Of a DNA stretch of 64,000 nucleotides, positions 1 to 10,716 are shown one piece after another. The stretch lies in the NCBI GenBank assembly GCA_038131935.1, contig JAYPQH010000032.1, positions 128,001 to 192,000 on the forward strand. The letters run 5' to 3'. The notes under the pieces are model-generated. The model had not been told where the DNA came from. It worked only from the letters and a program-made list of their open reading frames with translations, and made no database searches. The number at the start of each line of letters is the position of its first letter. Position 1 is the stretch's first letter. A program made the position numbers and the translations under genes. The DNA is from Alphaproteobacteria bacterium (GTDB lineage Bacteria; Pseudomonadota; Alphaproteobacteria; UBA8317).

Positions 1-240
1 AGCCTCCTTGATCATGCCTTCATCAAAAGGACGGCGTGGGTCAAAAAAGCCTGGGGTATCAACAAGGACAATTTGCGACATATCATGAACCATAACGCCA
101 CGAATACGAAACCTTGTGGTTTGAACCTTCCTAGACGTAATGGCTAGCTTCTCACCTAGCATAGCATTCATTAATGTAGATTTCCCAGCATTTGTGGGTC
201 CCAACAACGCTATGGTGCCAAAGCGTTTATGTTGCATCAT
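1..240 (-). CDS. era: GTPase Era, 5' part (runs off window edge)
   Basis: Manual translation [25 protein letters not shown]...SRKVQTTR...LVDTPG shows G1/G2/G3 motifs; downstream of rnc. Confidence 0.95.
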   Translation of the reverse strand, partial: MMQHKRFGTIALLGPTNAGKSTLMNAMLGEKLAITSRKVQTTRFRIRGVMVHDMSQIVLVDTPGFFDPRRPFDEGMIKEA

Positions 241-913
241 TCTTCTCCAATTTTTCTAAAAGCCGTGAGGCAGCCAGCCGCTCAGCTTCTCTTTTGCTTC
301 CTCCCTCAGCAACAGCTGTTTGTTTACCCATCAAAGAAACTTCAACAGTAAAAATTGGGGCATGATCTGGTCCAGTCGTATGGATAACTTGATAAACTGG
401 CAAACCTAAACCGTGGGCCTGTGAATGTTCTTGCAATCGCGACTTTGGGTCCCGAAAATCATCCTGGTTTTCAGACAAAATGTCTGACCAATGTTTCATG
501 ATAAATTCACGTGCCTCTTTTATGCCTCCATCAAGATAAACTGCGGCAATGATGGCTTCCATGGCATCTGCCAAAATAGACTTTGCAATATGCCCATCTT
601 GATCTAATGCCCGACCAAGAAGATATTTTCCAACCCCCAATCGCGCAGCAATGCTTGCGCATACTTCTCCCCTTACCACATGGTTGAGACGGGTGGCCAT
701 ATTTCCCTCTGTATGATGCTGGGGTAGATTGTGAAGGAATTCTGCTATCACCAGCCCCAAAACTCTATCACCTAAAAATTCCAACCGTTCATTGGAAAAA
801 GTTTGCTGAGCTGAGGCATGAGTACATGCTCTATCAAGAAGCCTCTGATCTTTAAAATGATAGAAAATACGATGTTCCAGCTCTTTAAGCTGAGCATCCC
901 TACGCATGCCCAT
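227..913 (-). CDS. rnc: Ribonuclease III
   Basis: [14 protein letters not shown] signature, C-terminal dsRBD (DPKSRLQE...GPDHAPIF). Confidence 0.97.
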   Translation of the reverse strand: MGMRRDAQLKELEHRIFYHFKDQRLLDRACTHASAQQTFSNERLEFLGDRVLGLVIAEFLHNLPQHHTEGNMATRLNHVVRGEVCASIAARLGVGKYLLGRALDQDGHIAKSILADAMEAIIAAVYLDGGIKEAREFIMKHWSDILSENQDDFRDPKSRLQEHSQAHGLGLPVYQVIHTTGPDHAPIFTVEVSLMGKQTAVAEGGSKREAERLAASRLLEKLEKNDAT

Positions 914-915
914 AT

Positions 916-1638
916 CTACTCAACACGCTCAAAGAAACGTCCCCATCGGAAAAGATACACGTATGAAGAGGGATCAAATAAGGAAAATCGTTCATCTATA
1001 GAGAACAAAACAAGTTCTGCACGTCCAACCAAATTTTCAATAGGAACAAAGCCGACCGACAGCCGAGAATCTTCAGAATTGTCACGGTTATCGCCCATAA
1101 AAAACAAGTGATTGCTTGGAACCAAAAATTCTCTTGTGTTGTCCGCTCGAGATCTATGGGTATCCATCATCAAATGTGATGACCCTCGCAATTCTTCTTT
1201 AAAAATAGGCGACCTACAAAGATTTTCTGCGATACCGGGCTCATAGCAGGAATCAAACGCTTTTTGCACAGCAACCCCGTTCACAAATAGGGTTCCATCA
1301 CGCATCTGGACCCTGTCTCCAGGAAGGCCAATCACACGCTTGATATAGTCGATGTTCGTGTTAGACGGCAATCGAAACACCACAATATCCCCATGAGAGG
1401 GCATTGCGCCTAAAAGCCTATCTTCAGGCATTATATCTGGGGAAAACGGCAGTGAATAACGACTGAAACCGTATGAAAACTTACTGACGATGACATAATC
1501 TCCTACCAACAATGTTGGGATCATCGAACCAGAAGGAATCGTAAATGGCTGAAGAAGAAAAGATCTGATCACCAACGCAATCAGAACACCCCAAAAAATT
1601 GTACGGATATGCCCCCATAGCCCTTCTGACTTACTCAC
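916..1638 (-). CDS. lepB: Signal peptidase I
   Basis: IPSGSMIPTL, DYIKRVIGLPGD and GDNRDNSEDSR boxes. Confidence 0.97.
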   Translation of the reverse strand: MSKSEGLWGHIRTIFWGVLIALVIRSFLLQPFTIPSGSMIPTLLVGDYVIVSKFSYGFSRYSLPFSPDIMPEDRLLGAMPSHGDIVVFRLPSNTNIDYIKRVIGLPGDRVQMRDGTLFVNGVAVQKAFDSCYEPGIAENLCRSPIFKEELRGSSHLMMDTHRSRADNTREFLVPSNHLFFMGDNRDNSEDSRLSVGFVPIENLVGRAELVLFSIDERFSLFDPSSYVYLFRWGRFFERVE

Positions 1639-2397
1639 CGTTACCTCCAGGTTGTAACGGTCTCATGGACCGTCCTGTTTCCATAGCCATCAACATCCTG
1701 GTCACCACATGCTCGAGTCCAAAAAATAGGCCATCAGACATCAATGCAAAACCAATTGACATTTCTTCAATAAACTCAATTGAACCTAGATGTTGAGCTG
1801 TTGTATAATCAAGACCATGACCCGCATGCACCCGAAGACCCGTATCATTGGCTCTCTTAGCCATATCCCTCAAACGAACAAAATGCTGTTGCGCATCTTG
1901 AAAACGCCCTTGCACCACAGCATCACAAAAGGCCCCGTATGTAATTCCACAATATCAGCCCCTAATGCCGCAGCCAAAGCAATAGAGTTAGGGTCAGCAT
2001 CCACAAAAAGGGACATCAATGCACCGTGTTTTTGACCCTCTTCAACCGCCTCGCGAAGTGCACCATCCCCATCAGCATAAAGCCCCCGCTCGGTTGTACG
2101 CTCATGTCTTTGCTCTGGGACCAAACATATAGAATAAGGTTTCAAAACCGCTATTTTGCCAATCATTTCATCCGTGGCAGCCATTTCAAAGTTTAACTTG
2201 AGAGAAGGATCATCTGCCACCCTTTGCACATCTTCATCTCGAACATGTCGACGGTCTTCACGCAAATGCATGGTGATTGACCAGGCACCAGCCCTGGTAA
2301 CCATAAGTGCCGCCGCATGTGGGTCTGGAAACAAACCGCCACGAGCATTTCGCAAGGTTGCCACATGATCAATATTAACGCTAAGTTTTATAGGCAT
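1631..2397 (-). CDS. pdxJ: Pyridoxine 5'-phosphate synthase (one frameshift near 1927-1930)
   Basis: LSVNIDHVATLRNAR, HLREDRRH, VELHTG in ORF 1870..2397; HAGHGLDY and EMSIGFA in ORF 1631..1918; one extra base in the A-run joins them. Confidence 0.93.
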
Positions 2398-3982
2398 GAA
2401 TTCATATCCTTCATTTCAAAACTTGCCATCGGATAAGACCTTTCATGCTCTTTATGCAAGAACTATGAAAGCAGATATTATGCATCTTGAAGACCCGATT
2501 AGAGGTAGGCTTACTTTCCTTGTAATCAATGGTTTGATTGTTGGTGTGAGCTCCGCTGCCTCCTTGGTTGTTGAAATAGTAGCTGGTCGGATGTTGGCAC
2601 CTTATGTTGGAATGTCATTATATAGCTGGACAGCCGTTATAGCCACCGTTTTGGCTGGACTAAGCTTAGGAAATTTCATCGGTGGGTTTGCTTTTACCAC
2701 CCAAGATACAAAACATAATAGTCGTTTTATGGCCTTAATGCTTACTATTGCAGCTTTAAGCACAGCGGCCGCCCCATGGTTACTACAGAAAATTGCTCCT
2801 GCATTGACCAGCGATACCCGTCCCATATTATCTATGTTGACGTTATGTTTGTTGGTGTTTATGCCGCCCAGTCTTTGTTTGGGTGCCGTATCACCGGTAG
2901 CAACTGCCATGGCCCAAGAGCAATCACCCGACAAGGGTAAAATACTTGGTTTTTTCTTTGCGCTTGGCGCCATCGGCTCTATTCTTGGCACCTTACTATC
3001 TGGCTTTCTTTTTCTTGCCTATTTGGGAAGTCATGCAACCTTAGCTATCATCGCCTGTGTGAATATGGTTTTGGGCGGCATGTGCTTATGTATGGCCGTG
3101 CAAAAGACCCAACGTTTAATTGTTATTGCACTTGCATCTATCATGGCCGTCATCTTCAGCCTATGGCCTTTGTATGGCGTTGCAAATCCATGCCAACGTG
3201 AAAGTGCCTACTACTGCATTCGGGTGGAACAATATTCTGACAACGTGCGCATAATGGTATTAGATCATTTGGTTCATGGGTTTAATCATCAAACAAACCC
3301 ACAATATTTTAACGCTCCTTACGTCGGACTTATGGATTATTTGGCACGCACAAAAATAAAAGAAGAAAAACGAGCTTTTTTCATTGGCGGCGGAGCCTTC
3401 ACACTTCCCAGAGCATGGTCAGCGCGCGCACCCAATATGGAAATGATCATCGCAGAAATTGATCCAGTTGTTACAGAAATAGCCCAACAAGAATTATGGT
3501 ATCGTCCAACACCGCTCACAGAAATTCACCATGGTGATGCACGCTCTGTGCTGCGACAAAACGAAAAACCATTTGATGTTATTGTTGGGGATGCTTTTCA
3601 TGACCTCTCCGTACCACAACATTTGACCACCTATGAATTCGGCCAATTGGTGCGCAAAAACCTACAAACCGATGGCTTGTATCTCCTCAATGTTATTGAT
3701 CATGTTCAGCAACCAAAACTTATGCTGTCCGTATGGCAAACATTGCGTCAACAATTCCAGAATGTGGCCATTTTCATGAAAGAAGATGACCTCAAAAGCT
3801 GGGACCGGACAACATTTGTTGTCGCAGCCTCTGAGACCTTCACACCACAGAATGGTTATGTGGTTTCAGGGAACCGCTTTATTCGCTTGCCTCATGGTTA
3901 TTTAGAGGCAAAATCAGAAGTTTTTGTACCACTTACACTTACCGACGATTACTCACCAGTTGATCGACTTTTATTTTTTTAG
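2396..3982 (+). CDS. Fused membrane (MFS-like) / spermidine synthase-like SAM-dependent protein; true start probably 2466 or 2480
   Basis: N-terminal TM helices with VVEIVAGRMLAPYVGMSLYSW; C-terminal FIGGGAFTLP, EIDP, GDAR, GDAFH, LTDDYSPV. Confidence 0.85.
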   Translation: MNSYPSFQNLPSDKTFHALYARTMKADIMHLEDPIRGRLTFLVINGLIVGVSSAASLVVEIVAGRMLAPYVGMSLYSWTAVIATVLAGLSLGNFIGGFAFTTQDTKHNSRFMALMLTIAALSTAAAPWLLQKIAPALTSDTRPILSMLTLCLLVFMPPSLCLGAVSPVATAMAQEQSPDKGKILGFFFALGAIGSILGTLLSGFLFLAYLGSHATLAIIACVNMVLGGMCLCMAVQKTQRLIVIALASIMAVIFSLWPLYGVANPCQRESAYYCIRVEQYSDNVRIMVLDHLVHGFNHQTNPQYFNAPYVGLMDYLARTKIKEEKRAFFIGGGAFTLPRAWSARAPNMEMIIAEIDPVVTEIAQQELWYRPTPLTEIHHGDARSVLRQNEKPFDVIVGDAFHDLSVPQHLTTYEFGQLVRKNLQTDGLYLLNVIDHVQQPKLMLSVWQTLRQQFQNVAIFMKEDDLKSWDRTTFVVAASETFTPQNGYVVSGNRFIRLPHGYLEAKSEVFVPLTLTDDYSPVDRLLFF

Positions 3983-4011
3983 GTACAGCTCACGGCCAGA
4001 ACATAACTGCA

Positions 4012-4659
4012 TCAGACAGCCTTAAACTTGTTATCTGTTGGATCAAGCATATGAAGTTCCGCCGCTTTGATATCAAACCATCCGCCGTGGACTTGAAGTT
4101 TCTTTTTTCGTATGGCCTCTAAAACGAAAGGAAAGTCTTTTATGCGCTCCATGCCAAGCCGCACAAATTCTTGCTCTGCAGTTTTTTCCAAATCATCGAC
4201 CTGACCAGATTGATAGGAAGACAAAATACGATCACGTGCTGGAGCGCCAAGAGTTACCCAGTTTTGTATATAATCAAGTTCGCCATCATGGCATTGACCA
4301 TGATCACTCATACATGCGGCAACGCCTCCACATTGTGAATGACCCATGATCAACACATGAGATACTTCAAGAACGGTTATAGCAAATTGGATGGCAGCAG
4401 CGGTTCCAAAGCGACCACGCTGTTCTGTATGCGGAGGAATAAGGTTTGCAACTGATCGTAAAACAAATAAATCTCCGGGTTTCGCTCCAAAGATCGCATT
4501 AGGATCTAAACGAGAGTCTGCGCATGTAATAACCATTGTTCCAACGGATTGACCATGTTGTGCCATATATTGGTACAAATCCTTTACATCCTGACCGAGG
4601 CTATCACGGTAGGCTTTATAACGCTCAAGGAATATATCAAAATTTTTAGCTTGCATCAT
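4012..4659 (-). CDS. Beta-class carbonic anhydrase
   Basis: CADSR and GHSQCGG zinc ligand motifs. Confidence 0.95.
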   Translation of the reverse strand: MMQAKNFDIFLERYKAYRDSLGQDVKDLYQYMAQHGQSVGTMVITCADSRLDPNAIFGAKPGDLFVLRSVANLIPPHTEQRGRFGTAAAIQFAITVLEVSHVLIMGHSQCGGVAACMSDHGQCHDGELDYIQNWVTLGAPARDRILSSYQSGQVDDLEKTAEQEFVRLGMERIKDFPFVLEAIRKKKLQVHGGWFDIKAAELHMLDPTDNKFKAV

Positions 4660-4806
4660 AAAGCAGCTCCATTTCTATAAGCATTTTTTTGTTGCAGTTA
4701 TGAAAAAACGACTTACCTCTCAACAACTTGTAGATGGCATAACATCATACATCGACACGGCATAACTCTATTTAAAAAAAAATGTTTTCACCGCCATATT
4801 AGGGAG

Positions 4807-5767
4807 ATGACAGATTTTAAACCCAAAAGAAATAGTAATAATAGGTGCTGGTTTTTCAGGTCTTATAGCGTCTCGCGTTCTTTGTGCCCACAACTTTCCT
4901 GTCACCATTGTTGAGAAATCCAGAGGTCCAGGTGGACGAATGGCTCATCGTCGACAATCCTTTGGAGGCTATGATCATGGCGTATCCCAATTCTACGCTC
5001 AGCACCCTGAATTTGTAAATTTTCTTGAGGCATTTGATGGCCAAGTACAGCGCGTTGATGCGCAAGACAACATTTTTCAAGCCTACCCCCATGCCAACAG
5101 TATTGCGAAGGCAATGGCTCAAACCCTACCCCCTATCCACACGAAGTGGGAAGCGCAACATATCCAACGTCAAAACAATAAATTTGTTATCATTTCAAAA
5201 ACTGGTGAGACGAGAACAGCAGATATTCTGGTTGTGACAGCACCACTTCCGCAGGCTACTGCTCTTTTGGGTGATTGTTGGGATACTGAATGGCCCAATG
5301 TTGGTGATATTCATTACACATCACAACTCACCATCATGCTCACCTGTACCATTGGGGCACACCAAGATCTGGTTGAAATACTTTCAAAAAACCACCCAAC
5401 AACAGATGTTACAATTCAAGAACAACTCTCTGAAAATAATGGGAAAGATCATATAAAAAGGTTGGTCATACACATAGCTTTGACCCCAATTGACCCAATG
5501 TTTTCCATGGAACTTGACGATATTAAACAGAACTTGCTTGCACAGATAAGCGATTTGGATCATATGCCCCTTGATTTGCAGGTTCATCGCTGGCGTTATG
5601 CACAAGTTACCAAGGGTTATGATGCACTCATGCTCAAGCATAGCTCACTTGACTTGTGGTTGGCTGGAGACTGCTTTGCTGGACATGGCGTAGAGGGTGC
5701 ATATGTATCAGGTCACGCGGTGGCAACGGATATTATCAAACAATTACGCTTCGGAGGAAAAGAATGA
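4807..5767 (+). CDS. Renalase-like FAD/NAD(P)-dependent oxidoreductase (frameshift just after ATG 4807)
   Basis: Frame of ORF 4940..5767 extends upstream to IVIIGAGFSGL...EKSRGPGGRMA; C-terminal HRWRYA and AGDCFAGHGVEGAYVSG; AGGGAG precedes ATG 4807, which is in another frame. Confidence 0.85.
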
Positions 5768-7938
5768 CAGAATATGTAAAAAAGGGATCCATACAGGTTG
5801 ATAAGGTCCTCGCCAATTTTGTTGAGAACGAGGTCTTACCTGGATTAAACATCAGTGCCGAAGACGTTTGGAATGGCTTATCTCTGCTTGACAAAACCTA
5901 CAGCGCAAAAAACCGTGATTTGCTGCAAAAACGCGCTCAGTTGCAAACATTGATAGATCAATATCATCAAGAACGCCGGGGGCAAAGCTTTGATCGTCAT
6001 GATTATCAGAGATTTTTACGTGACATTGGTTATCTGGTTGATGCACCTGAATCATTTTCCATCGAAACCCAAAACGTGGACCAAGAAATTGCAACATTGG
6101 CAGGGCCGCAACTTGTGGTACCTGTAACGAATGCACGATACGCACTTAATGCCGCGAACGCACGCTGGGGAAGCTTATATGATGCTTTTTATGGGACTGA
6201 TGCTCTACCCTATGAAGGAGATGAGAAGACTTCATCAGGCTTCCACCAAGGACGGGGAGAGCGTGTTATTGCTCGCGTTCGGCAATTTCTTGATGAAACT
6301 TTCCCTTTATCCACTGGATCGTGGAAAGACGTATCGGAAATTAAAATCGTTGATGAGCAATGCATATTTACATGTTTGAATGTCCAAAGTTCTCTACAAA
6401 ACAAAGAGCAGTTTGTGGCGTATAAGGGGCAAGACAAACTTCAAAATATTATCCTTCAACATAATGGACTGCACATTAACATTGTTATCAATCCAGACTC
6501 ACCTATAGGAAAATCCGATAAAGCGGGGGTGAGCGATGTCGTTATAGAATCTGCACTCACCACCATTATGGATTGTGAAGATTCGGTGGCCACTGTTGAC
6601 GGCGAGGATAAGACGCTCGCTTACCGAAATTGGCTTGGGCTCATGAAAGGTGACCTCGTGGCGTCTTTCGAAAAAGGTGGCAAGACTGTTGAGCGAAGAA
6701 TGGTGCAGGACCTTGTCTATAAAACACCTAATGGAGAGGATCTTGTCTTGCGCGGGCGCAGCCTAATGTTGGTGCGTAATGTGGGTCATCTGATGACAAA
6801 CCCCGCCGTTTTGGGTGCTGATGGTGAAGAGTTACATGAAGGTCTATTGGACGCATTAATGACATCACTGATTGGTATGCATGACCTCCAAAAAGAGCCT
6901 AGCCAAACCAAAAATTCAAAAACGGGATCAGTCTACATCGTAAAGCCCAAGATGCATGGCCCTGAGGAAGTAGCCTTCACCAATGATATCTTAGGAAGTG
7001 TAGAAGACATCCTTGGCCTTAAAAAATATACCCTCAAAATGGGGATCATGGATGAAGAGCGTCGAACAACCGTTAACCTTGCCGCCTGTATTCATGCGGC
7101 AAAAAATCGTGTGGTATTCATCAATACTGGCTTCTTAGATAGAACAGGGGATGAAATTCATACATCTATGCAAGCAGGACCTATGGTCCGTAAAGCGGAT
7201 ATGAAGTCCACCCCGTGGATTCATGCGTATGAGCAACATAACGTAGATGTCGGCTTATCAAGTGGATTGTCTGGTCGCGCTCAGATCGGCAAAGGCATGT
7301 GGGCAATGCCAGATCTTATGGCGGGTATGCTGGCACAAAAGATTGGTCATCCTCAATCAGGCGCCAATACTGCCTGGGTCCCCTCTCCCACAGCAGCAAC
7401 CTTACACGCGCTGCATTACCACATGGTGAATGTGTCAGAGGTCCAACAAAATCTTCTCCAGAGAGATCCTGCCTCTTTGGATGATATCCTGACCATTCCA
7501 CTAGCTCAGGGAACCAACTGGTCTGAGCAAGAACTACAGGAAGAAGTTGACAACAATCTCCAAGGCATATTGGGGTATGTGGTTCGTTGGGTTGATCAAG
7601 GTGTTGGCTGCTCAAAAGTACCAGATATCCACGATGTTGGCCTCATGGAGGATAGAGCTACATTGCGGATATCATCTCAACATTTGGCCAATTGGCTGCA
7701 TCATGGTGTGGTAACCCGTGACATGGTTGAACAGCGCATGCGTGCCATGGCTGAAGTCGTTGACCGACAAAATGCGGGGGATTCACTTTACGAGCCGATG
7801 GCGAAAGAGCCCTTAAAATCAATTGCTTTTTTGGCTGCTCATGATTTGGTTTTCCAAGGAATTTCACAACCTTCTGGTTACACAGAGCCTGTATTACACA
7901 GACGTCGTGCAGAAAAGAAAAAGGAGGCTAGCGCTTAA
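5764..7938 (+). CDS. glcB: Malate synthase G
   Basis: NARYALNAANARWGSLYDA, KPKMHGP, FINTGFLDRTGDEIH, LMEDRATLRISSQ; GGAGG before ATG 5764. Confidence 0.97.
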   Translation: MTEYVKKGSIQVDKVLANFVENEVLPGLNISAEDVWNGLSLLDKTYSAKNRDLLQKRAQLQTLIDQYHQERRGQSFDRHDYQRFLRDIGYLVDAPESFSIETQNVDQEIATLAGPQLVVPVTNARYALNAANARWGSLYDAFYGTDALPYEGDEKTSSGFHQGRGERVIARVRQFLDETFPLSTGSWKDVSEIKIVDEQCIFTCLNVQSSLQNKEQFVAYKGQDKLQNIILQHNGLHINIVINPDSPIGKSDKAGVSDVVIESALTTIMDCEDSVATVDGEDKTLAYRNWLGLMKGDLVASFEKGGKTVERRMVQDLVYKTPNGEDLVLRGRSLMLVRNVGHLMTNPAVLGADGEELHEGLLDALMTSLIGMHDLQKEPSQTKNSKTGSVYIVKPKMHGPEEVAFTNDILGSVEDILGLKKYTLKMGIMDEERRTTVNLAACIHAAKNRVVFINTGFLDRTGDEIHTSMQAGPMVRKADMKSTPWIHAYEQHNVDVGLSSGLSGRAQIGKGMWAMPDLMAGMLAQKIGHPQSGANTAWVPSPTAATLHALHYHMVNVSEVQQNLLQRDPASLDDILTIPLAQGTNWSEQELQEEVDNNLQGILGYVVRWVDQGVGCSKVPDIHDVGLMEDRATLRISSQHLANWLHHGVVTRDMVEQRMRAMAEVVDRQNAGDSLYEPMAKEPLKSIAFLAAHDLVFQGISQPSGYTEPVLHRRRAEKKKEASA

Positions 7939-7963
7939 GCGCTAGCCCCCTTCTTTTCATTTT
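7912..7963. terminator. Bidirectional intrinsic terminator between convergent glcB and csp
   Basis: Perfect 22-bp palindrome GGCTAGCGCTTAAGCGCTAGCC (7926-7947) flanked by A-rich and T-rich tracts. Confidence 0.8.
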
Positions 7964-7974
7964 AAGCGTCTGAA

Positions 7975-8184
7975 TTAGATAATTTTGATATTACCTGCAA
8001 AAACGCGACCTCTGCGCTCATCATTGATGAGTTCAAATTCTACACGCTGGTTGTCTGGAAGTTCTGCAATGCCAGCTTCTTTCACAGCTGTCACATGCAC
8101 AAATACATCCTTACCACCATCGTCCGGCTCAATAAAACCAAAACCCTTGGTTGCATTAAACCACTTTACCTTACCCGAGGCCAT
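7975..8184 (-). CDS. Cold-shock protein (CspA family)
   Basis: [18 protein letters not shown]...DVFVHVT RNP1/RNP2; AAGGAG SD. Confidence 0.96.
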   Translation of the reverse strand: MASGKVKWFNATKGFGFIEPDDGGKDVFVHVTAVKEAGIAELPDNQRVEFELINDERRGRVFAGNIKII

Positions 8185-8310
8185 CTTAGTCTCCTTCGTC
8201 TGGCTTACTTCAATTAATATTAATCCCAAAAAGTTGGGACATCATCCAAACGTTTAGTCCTGCAGGCTTCTTCGGCTAAGCAAAAGGTCACATCCGGCGA
8301 TCCTTGCGGC
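8185..8310 (-). promoter_or_regulatory. Putative long 5' UTR of csp (possible thermosensor)
   Basis: About 125 nt non-coding leader with a small hairpin (TCCCAA-CTTT-TTGGGA); long leaders are typical of csp mRNAs; TSS not determined. Confidence 0.35.
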
Positions 8311-8420
8311 ATATGTTGGTTGAGAGGGATTAGCAAGCCTAAAATGTCTTAATTTCTCTTGACGATGTGAATTATCTCGCAAAACTATCAAAACAAATTA
8401 AAATTTTTTTGGATGTTGGT

Positions 8421-9410
8421 ATGATGTCACGCTTCTTTCTCTTTCTTATATCGTTTTGGATTGGCAGCATGATCGGCACCATAACAAATGCGCAAATAAA
8501 CAAGCAAAATGACTCGGAGTATGGTCCCCTAGACAAAGCACCAGAGTCAATTCTCTATGACTGGCCGCGATATGTTGCACCTGGAATATGGTCAGCAATT
8601 GGTGCAACCCAACCTCCAACCTACGAAAATAGTGGGCATAACAACAACCTCACCATAATCGAGGGAAGCAATCAGGTTCTCGTGGTCAATGCTGGTGCAT
8701 CTTTCAAACTTGCAGAGGCTCTTCATCAATGGATTGACAAAAACATTGGTAAGCCAGTGACGTATGTCGTCAATGAAAATGGGCAAGGCCACGCGATGCT
8801 TGGTAACAATTATTGGCGCACAAAAAAAGCTACAATTATTGCACATGAGGATGCCATCGAAGCCTTTAACGATGATGCTTTTGGAATACTTCAGAGGATG
8901 CAAAATTACGCGAAGGAAAAATCTAAGGGCACAGAAATCGTAGATATCGATATAGAGTTTTCTGATGAGATGATCCTAGATCTTGGCGGCCGCGAGATTA
9001 TCCTAAAGGATTTTGGCCCTGCTCACTCACCAGGAGATATTTCAGTGATCGTTCCTGATGCTCAAGTCATCATTGCTGGTGATATGGCATTTCATGAACG
9101 TATGCTCCCCATATTTTCAGATACACATACAGGGGACTGGCTGGAAAGCTTTGAACATTTCGCTGAATATGGCAAATCTATGATTGTTGTGCCCGGCCAT
9201 GGCCGGCCAACACAAATGGATGTTGTAGATCAGTATACGCGCGGATATCTCATATTTTTAAGATCTAAAGTTGCAACCCTGCTAGATGAAGGCAAAGGCT
9301 TAAGTGATGCTTTTTTGATCGATCAATCTCAGTATGAACATCTGCACACGTACAAGGAGTTGTCGGCTAAAAACGCAGGTCGTGTTTTTGAGGAAATGGA
9401 ATTTGAATAG
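8421..9410 (+). CDS. Exported MBL-fold metallo-hydrolase (SoxH-like)
   Basis: Signal peptide, ENSGHNNNL, NENGQGH, AHSPGD, AGDMAF, PGHG. Confidence 0.8.
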   Translation: MMSRFFLFLISFWIGSMIGTITNAQINKQNDSEYGPLDKAPESILYDWPRYVAPGIWSAIGATQPPTYENSGHNNNLTIIEGSNQVLVVNAGASFKLAEALHQWIDKNIGKPVTYVVNENGQGHAMLGNNYWRTKKATIIAHEDAIEAFNDDAFGILQRMQNYAKEKSKGTEIVDIDIEFSDEMILDLGGREIILKDFGPAHSPGDISVIVPDAQVIIAGDMAFHERMLPIFSDTHTGDWLESFEHFAEYGKSMIVVPGHGRPTQMDVVDQYTRGYLIFLRSKVATLLDEGKGLSDAFLIDQSQYEHLHTYKELSAKNAGRVFEEMEFE

Positions 9411-9425
9411 AATTCTTTACAGGAT

Positions 9426-10634
9426 TTAATGTACACCACCCCAAATGACTTGGCCTGCGAAACCACCAAGCAGCACAACCAACCAAGGGGGTAGTTTCAG
9501 CAGCACAAGAGAAGCAAAAGCAGCAAGTGCCATTGCCGCATGAGCAGGACTTGTCACAGATGCCACAAGAACAGGGTCATAGAAGGCAGAAAATAAGAGC
9601 CCGACAACAGCAGCATTTACCATCATCAAAGCTGACTGCATGCCAGGATTTCTAGACATGCTTGACCAAATTGGTAAGCATGCCAGCAAAAGTAGCATAC
9701 CAGGTAGAAAAATCATCATGCATGCCAACAATGCAGCTGTAAAACCAAATTGGTTGGGAATACTTGCTGCACCTACAAAGCTTCCAAAAGTGAACAAAGG
9801 TCCTGGCATAGCCTGTGCCAACCCATAACCTGCAAGGAAAATATCCTGAGATAGGATACCCGCGCCCACAACACCCTCTTCCAATAGGGGTAGAACCACA
9901 TGACCACCGCCAAAAACAAGTGATCCAGCCTGAACCATGATATGCGCTATGGTCAGTAATTTATGATCGATAAACAAGGTGAGCAAAGGCAACCCTATGA
10001 AAAGCAAAAAGAAACCAGCCAAACTACCCATAGAGATATACTTTTGCATTTTTTTAGGCATTGCTAAGTCAGTGGATTTGACAGGCGCTTTGCCCATCAA
10101 ATACCCAAAAACAAAGGCAAGAAATATAACCAAGATCTGAAGCCATACCTCTCCTGCAACCATCATGACCATGGCCGCAATAATAGCTATCCATTTTCGC
10201 AAATCATCTGGACATAAGCTGTTGAACATACCGACAAGTGCTTGAATGACCACCGCCACCGCAACCAATTTTAGCCCTGAGATCGCACCAGAATAAACAG
10301 ATAAATCTATATGACCAATGAGCACGCCAGCAAGCCACATCAGTACAAAAGATGGCAATGTGAACCCAAGAAAGGCTGCAAAAAGTCCCTTTAGTCCACC
10401 TACATGATAGCCAATAGACATCCCAAGTTGTGAAGATGCGGGCCCTGGTAAAAACTGACACAACGCCAAATAATTTGAAAATTCAGTATCGCTCAACCAT
10501 TTGTTTCGAGAAACGAAGGCATTTCGAAGATATCCTATATGCGCAACAGGCCCCCCAAAGGACGTCAAGCCTAATAAGAGGAAGTGACGAAATATGCTTC
10601 CACTACTTCTTATCATCGAAACCTCCGCCATCAA
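9426..10634 (-). CDS. chrA: Chromate efflux transporter, long-chain CHR family
   Basis: SFGGPVAHIG, CQFLPGPASSQ, VFGGGHVVLP, AQAMPGPLF. Confidence 0.93.
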   Translation of the reverse strand: MMAEVSMIRSSGSIFRHFLLLGLTSFGGPVAHIGYLRNAFVSRNKWLSDTEFSNYLALCQFLPGPASSQLGMSIGYHVGGLKGLFAAFLGFTLPSFVLMWLAGVLIGHIDLSVYSGAISGLKLVAVAVVIQALVGMFNSLCPDDLRKWIAIIAAMVMMVAGEVWLQILVIFLAFVFGYLMGKAPVKSTDLAMPKKMQKYISMGSLAGFFLLFIGLPLLTLFIDHKLLTIAHIMVQAGSLVFGGGHVVLPLLEEGVVGAGILSQDIFLAGYGLAQAMPGPLFTFGSFVGAASIPNQFGFTAALLACMMIFLPGMLLLLACLPIWSSMSRNPGMQSALMMVNAAVVGLLFSAFYDPVLVASVTSPAHAAMALAAFASLVLLKLPPWLVVLLGGFAGQVIWGGVH

Positions 10635-10716
10635 TTTTGTTGATCATACCTTGGCATGGGCAGTCATATATGAAATTCATGTGCCAGGAACAGTTATTTG
10701 CTACAGGCTTTAGATC

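Noticed and set aside
4700-4765. 21-codon ORF MKKRLTSQQLVDGITSYIDTA in a divergent intergenic region
   Set aside because: No SD and no supporting feature; expected by chance.
5656-5763. N-terminal extensions in the ORF track (glcB, GST, phnD, phnF, tctC and others)
   Set aside because: Downstream ATGs with an SD or stop-start overlap match the family N-termini better.
7926-7947. Perfect 22-bp palindrome as a mobile element end or operator
   Set aside because: Single copy between convergent genes with flanking U-tracts; a terminator explains it.
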